DNA of 64,000 bases from Sulfuriferula sp. (lineage in GTDB: Bacteria > Pseudomonadota > Gammaproteobacteria > Burkholderiales > Sulfuriferulaceae), in contig DATKUZ010000028.1 of the NCBI GenBank assembly GCA_035530335.1, positions 61,842-125,841 of the forward strand, given 5' to 3'. The translations under genes were made by a program, and so were the position numbers. Shown here one piece after another: positions 42,657 through 50,800 of the stretch (the first letter of the stretch is position 1; every line of letters begins with the position of its first letter). The notes below the pieces were generated by a model. That model saw only the letters and a program-made list of their open reading frames with translations. It ran no database searches and was not told where the DNA came from.

Positions 42657-43268
42657 ATGAAAAAAACCAATCTTACCGCACTTGCTACAGCCATCCTGTT
42701 GACTTTTAGCGTTGGCGCCATGGCCGAAACCATGTCCAAGACCGATTACAAGGCCAGCAAGGACAGCATTAGCTCTGAATACAAAGCCGCTAAACAAAAA
42801 TGCGATTCGCTGTCAGGCAATGCCAAGGACATTTGCAAAGCCGAAGCCAAAGGCAACGAAAACGTCGCCAAGGCTGAGTTGGAAGCGAAGTATGAGCCCA
42901 GCGAAAAAGCACGTTACAAAGCTTTGATGGCGAAAGCAGATGCCAATTACAAAGTGGCCAAAGAACGTTGCGACGACAAAGCGGGCAATGCCAAAGACGT
43001 GTGCATGAAAGAAGCCAAGGCAGCTTATGTACATGCGAAAGCCAATGCAAAAGTCCAGATGAAGAGCCTGCAGGCTGATGAAAAAGCCGATAACGCATCC
43101 GCAGAAGCCAACATGAAAGCCAAGGAAAAAACCTCTGATGCGCAGCATCAGGCTGCCAAGGACAAGCGTGCCGCAGATTTCGCTGTTGCCAAGGAAAAAT
43201 GCGAGACCTACTCTGGCGATACCAAGGAGCGTTGCATCAATCAGGCAAAAGCCCAGTTTGGAATGTGA
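42657..43268 (+). CDS. Exported Lys/Ala-rich protein with three Cys-pair repeats
   Basis: Signal peptide ending AMA and repeats K.KC...SG.AKD.C..EAK. RBS AAGGA. Confidence 0.8.
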   Translation: MKKTNLTALATAILLTFSVGAMAETMSKTDYKASKDSISSEYKAAKQKCDSLSGNAKDICKAEAKGNENVAKAELEAKYEPSEKARYKALMAKADANYKVAKERCDDKAGNAKDVCMKEAKAAYVHAKANAKVQMKSLQADEKADNASAEANMKAKEKTSDAQHQAAKDKRAADFAVAKEKCETYSGDTKERCINQAKAQFGM

Positions 43269-43393
43269 ATGACAGTTTGAAAACCGTACCAATTATCCGG
43301 TAAACGGCGTTCTATATTGGTGAATGATTCCGCACCGGATAAGGACTATGGATCGGCGTAAATCAATTACAAATCTTTGAGAGGGGTACTGTC

Positions 43394-43543
43394 ATGCTAT
43401 ATACAATCGCGGTTATTTTGATCATTCTCTGGTTGCTGGGCATGGTCACCTCCTACACTTTGGGGGGGTTCATTCACATTCTTCTGGTCATTGCGATAGT
43501 GGTTATCCTGCTCAGGGTAATCAGCGGCAGGCCTCCGGTATAG
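43394..43543 (+). CDS. lmo0937/DUF5670-like small membrane protein (49 aa, not in the ORF track)
   Basis: Manual translation gives MLYTIAVILIILWLLGMVTSYTLGGFIHILLVIAIVVILLRVISGRPPV. Confidence 0.8.
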   Translation: MLYTIAVILIILWLLGMVTSYTLGGFIHILLVIAIVVILLRVISGRPPV

Positions 43544-43691
43544 CCACTACTGTCAGTGGAGGCATCATGTACGTAGCCGAACTGCTTCATGGCCGGAGTG
43601 GCAATTCCGCCATCTGTGTAATGATGAATCTTATGGTCGGAATCCGCCTACATGATGCCGGAATGAACGCAAACCAATAGAGATCAATAGA

Positions 43692-44339
43692 ATGAATTTC
43701 TCGCACCACACTTCGGTAGAAATCATACTCACCCTGCTCGTGGCAGGCCAGGCAAGCTTGAGCCATGCCGATGCGCAGGCGGGTGCTGCAATAGCCAAGA
43801 ATGGTACGGGTGCAGGTTCAGCCTGCATGCAGTGCCATGGGGCAAACGGAGAGGGACAGGCCGCAGCCGGGTTCCCGCGTCTGGCAGGACAAAACAGGGA
43901 TTACCTGGTCAAGCAGCTGACGGATTTCAAGGCAAAATTGCGCACCAATCCCCTGATGGGGCCCATTGCTAGTGCACTGAGCACTACGCAGATGAAAGAT
44001 GTTGCAGATTACTACGCCGGTTTGCCAGCCTGGAAACCTGAACTCAATGCTGCACCCAGTACTGCGCAAACAGCACGCGGCGCGCAACTGGCACATCAAG
44101 GCAATTGGGACGAAGGCATGCCTGCCTGTTTTACCTGTCACGGCGAAAGCGGCGCTGGTATCGCGCCGCATTTCCCGAGCATTGCCGGGCAAAATTCCGT
44201 TTACATAGCGAACCAGCTCAAAAACTGGCAAACCGGAGCACGCCTGAATGACCCGCAGGGATTGATGAAGGCAGTTGCCGACAAACTCAGCGCGGAGGAT
44301 ATCAGCGCGGTCAGCGCCTATCTGGAGAACCCAAAATGA
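43692..44339 (+). CDS. tsdB: Diheme cytochrome c4-type, TsdB-like electron acceptor
   Basis: Signal peptide, CMQCH and CFTCH, P.LAGQ...Y...QL repeats. Directly upstream of tsdA. Confidence 0.75.
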   Translation: MNFSHHTSVEIILTLLVAGQASLSHADAQAGAAIAKNGTGAGSACMQCHGANGEGQAAAGFPRLAGQNRDYLVKQLTDFKAKLRTNPLMGPIASALSTTQMKDVADYYAGLPAWKPELNAAPSTAQTARGAQLAHQGNWDEGMPACFTCHGESGAGIAPHFPSIAGQNSVYIANQLKNWQTGARLNDPQGLMKAVADKLSAEDISAVSAYLENPK

Positions 44340-44360
44340 CGATTAATCTGGAGGCGTACC

Positions 44361-45302
44361 ATGATTCGATGGATTAATCAGCTTACACAAAATGGAAAAT
44401 TTCACCCCATGTGGATTGTGCTGGCGGTCACGGGGGTGTTGCTCGTAGGGGGTATTGTCCTTGTCCCAGCCTTGTATGAGGGCGCGAAAGAACCCAGGCA
44501 AAATGTTGTAACAGCCACCACGAAATCCGTAGCCGCAGCCAACTTGCCAGAGCCTGATTCAGGGCAGCACGATTTGCCGAAAGATCCGCAAAGCGTTCCA
44601 ACAGCGCATTTCAAGCCGCCCTCGGAGAGCGACATGCCTGCCGGTGAGTTTGGTGACATGGTCAAGTTGGGCAGGAATATTTTCGTGCATACGCAGATCT
44701 ACGCCAAAGGACTGGTCGGTAATGGCCTCAATTGCGTCAACTGCCACCTGGACGCGGGACGCAAGGCGGATTCAGCACCGTTATGGGCCGCCTATGTCAT
44801 GTTCCCGGCTTATCGCAGCAAAAATCACAAGGTCAACAGTTTCGAAGATCGCCTGGCCGGCTGTTTCCGCTTCAGCATGAACGGCACCGCGCCGGAATAT
44901 AACAGCAAGGAAATGATTGCCTTGACCAGCTATAGCTACTGGCTTGCGAAAGGCGCCCCCACCGGTGTGGAACTGCCGGGGCGCGGTTTTCCAAAGCTGG
45001 AAAATCCGCCGCTGCCACCTGATGTACAACGCGGCGCTGCCGTATTCAAGGCCAATTGCGCCATTTGCCACGGCACAGGTGGCCTGGGTACAAAAGTAAA
45101 CGGGCAATACGCATTCCCACCGCTATGGGGCAAGGATTCCTATAATGCCGGCGCTGGCATGCACTCCGTAAAAAATGCAGCTGCCTTCATCAAGGCAAAT
45201 ATGCCGCTGGGCAAGGGTAATTCCCTCTCGCTGCAGGAGGCTTGGGATGTTGCACAATTTGTGGACAGCCACGACAGACCACCGGACCCCAGGGCCAAAT
45301 AG
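44361..45302 (+). CDS. tsdA: Thiosulfate dehydrogenase/tetrathionate reductase TsdA-family diheme cytochrome c
   Basis: CVNCH and CAICH, catalytic Cys in RLAGCFRFSMNG, FPPLWG.DSYN.GAGM, NMPLG. Confidence 0.85.
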   Translation: MIRWINQLTQNGKFHPMWIVLAVTGVLLVGGIVLVPALYEGAKEPRQNVVTATTKSVAAANLPEPDSGQHDLPKDPQSVPTAHFKPPSESDMPAGEFGDMVKLGRNIFVHTQIYAKGLVGNGLNCVNCHLDAGRKADSAPLWAAYVMFPAYRSKNHKVNSFEDRLAGCFRFSMNGTAPEYNSKEMIALTSYSYWLAKGAPTGVELPGRGFPKLENPPLPPDVQRGAAVFKANCAICHGTGGLGTKVNGQYAFPPLWGKDSYNAGAGMHSVKNAAAFIKANMPLGKGNSLSLQEAWDVAQFVDSHDRPPDPRAK

Positions 45303-45350
45303 TCGGTCTGTCAGCTTTGCATACAGACCGCAAACAGCCGGGATTAACAC

Positions 45351-45551
45351 ATGCCCCAGAACCCGGTAACGCCATCTCCCCAGCTCCGGCTGCTCACCTG
45401 TCCGGTATGCGGCGGTACTGTGGCACGCATACACCGCAGACTGATCGACCGTTTAATCAGTCTGGTGGTTTTGCGTCATCGTTACCGCTGTCTCGCCATG
45501 GGGTGTGGCTGGGAGGGAAATCTTCCCCCGATGAAAAAATTCAGGAAATAA
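45351..45551 (+). CDS. Small putative zinc-ribbon protein (66 aa)
   Basis: CPVCGG...RIHRR..DR...RYRC...GCGWEG: four Cys in two pairs. Confidence 0.55.
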   Translation: MPQNPVTPSPQLRLLTCPVCGGTVARIHRRLIDRLISLVVLRHRYRCLAMGCGWEGNLPPMKKFRK

Positions 45552-45694
45552 CTGCAGGCGTTAAGATCGCCTACGCTATATATCCTTTCTGGCTTACATT
45601 GCGAGCAATGAAGATTGCTGCAAAATCAGTGACGGGAATTGGCTGGAAGCCTGTAGGACTCGATACATATACCAATCAAAAGGTGAGTTCGCTC

Positions 45695-47131
45695 ATGGCA
45701 ATCTCCTTGCAATTGCGACGCCATCCAGAATTCCTGGTCCGGCGATGGTGTACGAGATTCATGACCGCCACCATGTTATGCCTGCTGATGCTGACCGGAT
45801 GCGCGAGCCTGCCCAATGCCAAAGCTGCGCTGGAGACACCTGCATCGCATAAGGTGCAATTTGACAGTGCCCAAGGGGCCTTGCCGGCAAAAAAAAGCCA
45901 GGTCATCCTCAAGCAATTGAAGCAGGAGGTAGGCAACCTGGATATTTTGCAAAAACACCTCGCGCTGGAGCAGGCAATCAATCCTGAAAATCCACTGGTA
46001 TTAGGCAACAAGGTTACCTTGCTGAAGGATGGCCCGTCCACTTATAAAGCCATGTTTTCTGCCATCCGCAACGCACGCAGTACGATCAACCTGGAGACCT
46101 ATATCTTCGAAGACGGCCAGGTAGGTGATGAATTTGCAGAATTGCTGCTGGATAAGCAAGCACACGGGGTGCAGGTAAACCTGATTTATGACAGCGTCGG
46201 CTCGCTCGGCACACCGAAGGATTTTTTTCAATTCATGGCCGACAGCGGCATCCATGTCGTGGAATTCAACCCGGTCAATCCGTTGGCGCACAACTCAAAA
46301 ACATGGCTGCTGAATAACCGTGACCATCGCAAGCTGCTGGTTGTGGATGGCCGAATTGCTTTTGTCGGTGGCATTAATATCAGTAATGCCTACTCCAGTG
46401 GATCTATTTTACGTCACAGGACAAAAACGGGTGGTTCATCATTCGGCTGGCGTGACACCCATGTCGAAATTGCCGGACCCGCGGTTGCCGAATTCCAGAA
46501 GCTGTTCCTGGATACCTGGCAAAAGCAAAGTGGCGCGCCGCTTGCCCGGCGCGACTATTTTCCTCAACTCAGCAAACAGGGCGATGAAATCGTGCGCGCC
46601 ATCGGTAGCGTGGCCAATGATCCCGCCAGTCCGATTTATCTGACGTTGCTGTCAGTCATCAATCACGCAGAACGACAGGTGCACCTGACTAATGCCTATT
46701 TTGTGCCCGATCCGCAACTGATTAAAGCCTTGATAGATGCAGCGCGACGGGGCGTGGATGTGAAGCTGATACTACCGAGCCATAGCGATTCGTGGATAGT
46801 CTTCAATGCCGGACGTTCGCATTACACCAAGCTATTGCGCGCGGGAGTAAAAATCTACGAGCGCCGCGGAGCCGTGATGCACGCCAAAACTGCCACGATC
46901 GATGGTGTCTGGTCGACCATCGGTTCAACCAATCTGGATTGGCGCAGTTTTCTGCATAATGACGAGATCAATGCAGTCATCCTGGGTAGCGATTTTGCCA
47001 ATCAGATGGAAGCCATGTTTGCCAATGACCTGGCGCAATCCGATCAGATTGAGCTGAAGCAATGGCAGCGCCGGCCAATCACTTCGCGCTTCAAGGAATG
47101 GCTGTCCCGGCTGCCGGAATACTGGCTGTAA
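45695..47131 (+). CDS. Cardiolipin synthase-like phospholipase D (ClsB-like) with N-terminal lipobox
   Basis: Two HKD motifs (DHRKLLVVDG, MHAKTATIDG), WRDTH, LTNAYFVP. RBS AAGGTGAG before ATG 45695; LTGC. Confidence 0.85.
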   Translation: MAISLQLRRHPEFLVRRWCTRFMTATMLCLLMLTGCASLPNAKAALETPASHKVQFDSAQGALPAKKSQVILKQLKQEVGNLDILQKHLALEQAINPENPLVLGNKVTLLKDGPSTYKAMFSAIRNARSTINLETYIFEDGQVGDEFAELLLDKQAHGVQVNLIYDSVGSLGTPKDFFQFMADSGIHVVEFNPVNPLAHNSKTWLLNNRDHRKLLVVDGRIAFVGGINISNAYSSGSILRHRTKTGGSSFGWRDTHVEIAGPAVAEFQKLFLDTWQKQSGAPLARRDYFPQLSKQGDEIVRAIGSVANDPASPIYLTLLSVINHAERQVHLTNAYFVPDPQLIKALIDAARRGVDVKLILPSHSDSWIVFNAGRSHYTKLLRAGVKIYERRGAVMHAKTATIDGVWSTIGSTNLDWRSFLHNDEINAVILGSDFANQMEAMFANDLAQSDQIELKQWQRRPITSRFKEWLSRLPEYWL

Positions 47132-47186
47132 GCCGTCCCTTGCATGCAAATCCCTATCGTTAAGTAGACCTTCAGGCGGCGTCTTG

Positions 47187-47229
47187 TGTGCGCCGGCGCA
47201 CAGATAACAATCACTATTTAACTTAATCT
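47187..47229 (+). promoter_or_regulatory. Palindrome TGTGCG-CCGG-CGCACA plus -10 TAATCT (copy B)
   Basis: Dyad at 47187-47202, then 21 nt to TAATCT at 47224. Confidence 0.7.
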
Positions 47230-47394
47230 GTCTGTGGCAGTAGTCCCGAACTTTGCCCCCCCGGCGTGACAGAGACCGTGTGGTGTCGCCAACAGCGAGA
47301 TCAGGCCTAACGACAGGTTGTGAATCGTTGGTAGCGCGCATTGCCGCTGGACAAATGTTCATTTCCATCATCACCTCATACTACGGAGATTAAA

Positions 47395-47970
47395 ATGTCA
47401 CAGAAAACAGCTCTTACCGACATTGCCACCCTGCGCAAACGCGCACGCCAGCATATTGAAGAAGGTGCAGTAACCGCTGGTTATGATGCGGATCGCACAA
47501 TGGTACTCAAATTGCTGAATGACTCGCTCGCCACCGAAATAATTTGTGTTCTGCGTTATCGGCGTCATCACTTCATGGCAAAAGGAATTCAGTCAAAAAG
47601 CATTGCTGATGAATTTCTGGTTCACTCTAACGAGGAACAGAATCATGCCGACCTGATAGCCGAGCGCATCGTGCAACTCGGTGGAGCGCCCGACTTCTCG
47701 CCAGACGGAATGACCGGACGCAGCCACTCGGAATATGTAGAAGCTATATCACTGGTGGATATGATCAAGGAAAACGTAGTGGCTGAACGCATTGCCATTG
47801 ATACTTACCGCGAGATTATCCAGTACATCGGCGATAAGGATCCCACTACCCGCCGCATGCTGGAAGGCATACTCGCCATGGAAGAAGAGCATGCAGATGA
47901 AATGGCCGATTTACTGGTAAATTTTGCCGCGGAAAACCGCTCTAAAACACCGCCTGCCAAAAAGCATTGA
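47395..47970 (+). CDS. Ferritin-like / bacterioferritin-family protein
   Basis: LNDSLATE..C.LRY..H, EEQNHAD..AERI.QLGG.P, AERIAI..YRE, EEEHAD (diiron ExxH pairs). RBS GGAG. Confidence 0.85.
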   Translation: MSQKTALTDIATLRKRARQHIEEGAVTAGYDADRTMVLKLLNDSLATEIICVLRYRRHHFMAKGIQSKSIADEFLVHSNEEQNHADLIAERIVQLGGAPDFSPDGMTGRSHSEYVEAISLVDMIKENVVAERIAIDTYREIIQYIGDKDPTTRRMLEGILAMEEEHADEMADLLVNFAAENRSKTPPAKKH

Positions 47971-47982
47971 TGATCAGGTGTA

Positions 47983-48025
47983 TGTACGACAGCGTACAGA
48001 CGGTTTTTGTCATGCTTAATAAACT
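47983..48025 (+). promoter_or_regulatory. Palindrome TGTACG-ACAG-CGTACA plus -10 TAAACT (copy C)
   Basis: Dyad at 47983-47998, then 21 nt to TAAACT at 48020. Confidence 0.7.
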
Positions 48026-48099
48026 GGTTACAAGCTTGCAAATCTCTGCTTCCGGAGTTCAGGCTTTTTAATCAGCACTTAACATTCAGGAGATTAATC

Positions 48100-48266
48100 A
48101 TGACCAAGAAAATCCTATCCGCATTAGTGCATTAGTAATGGCAGGCACCCTGGGCATGTTGCTCAGCGTCAGCGCCTGCAACACCGTGGCTGGCGCAGGC
48201 AAGGACGTCGAACAAGCAGGGGATGCGATTCACGACAAAGCCAGAGATGTGCAGCAAGAAAACTAA
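48100..48266 (+). pseudogene. Entericidin-family lipoprotein frameshifted by an 8-bp tandem duplication
   Basis: GCATTAGT occurs twice at 48121-48136. Removing one copy restores the 52-aa MTKKILSALVMAGTLGMLLSVSACNTVAGAGKDVEQAGDAIHDKARDVQQEN. Confidence 0.8.
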
Positions 48267-48289
48267 AATGCAATTTTGGTAAGTAAGCG

Positions 48290-48318
48290 AAAAGGGCTTC
48301 TACCAGGAGCTCTTTTTT
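48290..48318 (+). terminator. Intrinsic terminator
   Basis: AAGGGCTTC-tacca-GGAGCTCTT stem with G-U pairs, followed by a T run. Confidence 0.65.
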
Positions 48319-48473
48319 GCTATGCACAAACAATTAATTTTTTAATAACACGCATCGAATTGCCATAAACCATGGCCTATTCAATCCACATCAAAGCAAG
48401 CCGGCTGTTAATCAATAAATAACCAGCCGGATCATAACAAAGACATTTATGTCGTCTCCCGGATAACGCGACC

Positions 48474-49658
48474 ATGGAAACAGCACCTCAGTCCGAATCG
48501 GCAAAAACTGCAAATAACACGATCAGCGCTTCCGATACCGATAACCTGACGCTGCCACCCACGCATGAGACGGTGGAAGCGCACAGCACGGCGCTTGCCA
48601 TCCTCGCTGTCATCGCCCTGATATTCGTCCTCGATTGGGCGCAGATCTTTGTCATTTCCTTGCTGCTCGGCATTTTGTTCGCTTACACACTGAATCCGTT
48701 GGTGGCATGGCTGGAATTCATCAAGATACCGCGTGTGATTGGCGCCAGCATGGTAATGCTGGCCGTGGTGAGCATGGTATTGCTGAGTACCTACGCCTTG
48801 CGCGGACAAATGCAAACCATAGTCGATCAGTTGCCCAAGGCCGCCAGCAAGCTCTCGTCCGCAGCCATTCATTGGCGGCACGGCCAGCTTGGCAACATGC
48901 AAAAAGTACAAATCGCCGCAAACGAAATTGAAAAAGCGACCAATCAGGTTGCCGCTACATCAGCGCCCAACAAACGCGCGACTACCTACGTGGTCGTTGA
49001 GCCGCCTGCATTCAAGCTCAATACCTTATTGTGGACGGGGTCGACAGGTGTGCTGGCGTTTATCGGACAAGCCATCATGGTGGCTTTCCTTACCTATTTC
49101 CTGCTGCTGTCGGGTGATACCTTCAAGCGCAAGCTGGTGCGACTGGCCGGGCCGACGCTGACCAGAAAGAAAATTACAGTCCATATTCTGGATGACATTA
49201 ACAACTCCATCCAGAATTACATGTTCATGCTGTTGATCACCAATGCCCTGGTGGGCGTGCTGACCTGGGCGGCTTTCACCTGGCTGGGCCTGGAAAATGC
49301 GGGCGCCTGGGCGGTAGCGGCGAGCCTGTTACACATCATTCCGTATTTCGGCCCCGCCATTACTGCCGGCGTGACCGGAATGGCGGCGTTCATTCAATTC
49401 GATTCAATTTCATCTGCACTACAGGTGGCAGGTGCATCATTGCTGATAGCCACGATCATCGGTACCCTGGTCACCACCTGGATGACGGGTAGATTTGCGA
49501 AAATGAATACTGCGGCCGTATTTATTTCCCTGCTGTTCTGGACCTGGCTGTGGGGTATATGGGGCATGCTGCTCAGCATACCCATCATCGTCATCGTGCG
49601 GGTTGTGTCCCAACACATCGAGCAATTGCATCCTGTTGCAGAATTGCTGGGCGACTAG
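48474..49658 (+). CDS. AI-2E family transporter
   Basis: AY.LNP.V.WL, YFLL..GD.FKRK, IPYFGP, LLFW.WLWG..GMLLS.P. Confidence 0.88.
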   Translation: METAPQSESAKTANNTISASDTDNLTLPPTHETVEAHSTALAILAVIALIFVLDWAQIFVISLLLGILFAYTLNPLVAWLEFIKIPRVIGASMVMLAVVSMVLLSTYALRGQMQTIVDQLPKAASKLSSAAIHWRHGQLGNMQKVQIAANEIEKATNQVAATSAPNKRATTYVVVEPPAFKLNTLLWTGSTGVLAFIGQAIMVAFLTYFLLLSGDTFKRKLVRLAGPTLTRKKITVHILDDINNSIQNYMFMLLITNALVGVLTWAAFTWLGLENAGAWAVAASLLHIIPYFGPAITAGVTGMAAFIQFDSISSALQVAGASLLIATIIGTLVTTWMTGRFAKMNTAAVFISLLFWTWLWGIWGMLLSIPIIVIVRVVSQHIEQLHPVAELLGD

Positions 49659-49714
49659 GTTACTCGAAGAATTGAATTGAACATTCCCTTCCGGGAACCA
49701 TGGCGCTTTTGCTC

Positions 49715-50737
49715 CTATGCTTCCCCGTACCCCTGTGGATTCTGTGACTGCCAGCGCCAGGCATCTGCACACATGACGTGCACGTCCCGCTGCGCGCGCC
49801 AGCCGAACAGACCCTCCGCGAGCGTGGGATCGGCATAGCAACTGGCAATGTCCCCTGCCCTTCGCTCTACAATCTGGTAGGGTATTTCACGTCCGCTTGC
49901 CTGGGCAAAAGCCTGTACCATTTCCAGCACGCTGTAGCCGCGGCCGGTTCCCAGATTTACCGTTGCCAGACCGTCGTGACTTTCCAGATAACGCAGTGCC
50001 GCCACATGGCCCTGAGCCAAATCCACCACGTGAATGTAGTCCCGCACGCCGGTGCCGTCCGGCGTCGGATAGTCGCCGCCGAAAGCCCTTAAAAAAGGCA
50101 GCCGGCCCACCGCCACCTGGGCAATGTATGGCATCAGATTATTGGGTATGCCATTCGGGTCTTCACCAATCAGACCACTCTCATGCGCACCTACCGGGTT
50201 GAAATAACGCAGCAGGGCGATGCGCCAGGACGGGTCGGCGCGATACAGGTCGCGCAGGATTTCTTCGACCATGAACTTGCTGCGGCCATAGGGATTGGTG
50301 GTGGCACCTACCGGGAAATCCTCATGAATCGGCACTGTATGAGGGTCGCCGTATACCGTCGCTGAGGAACTGAACACGATGCGCTTGACACCTGCCTCGG
50401 CCATAACCTGGCACAAGGTGAGTGTGCCCGCCACGTTGTTTTCATAGTAACGCAAGGGCTGTTCTACCGACTCGCCCACCGCCTTGAGCCCGGCAAAGTG
50501 GATCACCGACTGAATTGAGTGCTGCGCGAAAACTGTCGCCAAGGCCTCGCGATCGCGTACATCCACTTGGTAGAAAATCGGCTTTTTGCCGGTAATATCC
50601 TCCACCCGTTTCAGCGCGGTTAACCTGCTGTTGCTCAGATTATCGACCACCACCACCTCGAATCCTGCGTTGAGCATCTCCACGCAGGTATGGGAACCAA
50701 TGTAGCCAGCCCCGCCGGTAATCAGAATTGTTGTCAT
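49715..50737 (-). CDS. galE: UDP-glucose 4-epimerase
   Basis: [68 protein letters not shown]. Confidence 0.97.
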   Translation of the reverse strand: MTTILITGGAGYIGSHTCVEMLNAGFEVVVVDNLSNSRLTALKRVEDITGKKPIFYQVDVRDREALATVFAQHSIQSVIHFAGLKAVGESVEQPLRYYENNVAGTLTLCQVMAEAGVKRIVFSSSATVYGDPHTVPIHEDFPVGATTNPYGRSKFMVEEILRDLYRADPSWRIALLRYFNPVGAHESGLIGEDPNGIPNNLMPYIAQVAVGRLPFLRAFGGDYPTPDGTGVRDYIHVVDLAQGHVAALRYLESHDGLATVNLGTGRGYSVLEMVQAFAQASGREIPYQIVERRAGDIASCYADPTLAEGLFGWRAQRDVHVMCADAWRWQSQNPQGYGEA

Positions 50738-50800
50738 CTTGTTTTCTCTATTGATATAAAAGGTAATCGCGCGCTGGCTTCTACTGCCGGAACACTCGTT

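Noticed and set aside
45304-45330. CGGTCTGT-N11-ACAGACCG hairpin after tsdA as a terminator
   Set aside because: No U-tract on either strand. It could be a degenerate regulon box, so it was left uncalled.
45652-45667. TGTAGG-ACTC-GATACA as a fourth regulon box before cls
   Set aside because: Inner positions mismatch and there is no -10 hexamer at the 21-nt spacing.
45242-45694. N-terminal ~150 aa of the 629-aa ORF
   Set aside because: It overlaps the tsdA end and the Zn-ribbon ORF and does not look protein-like. The PLD homology, RBS and signal start at 45695.
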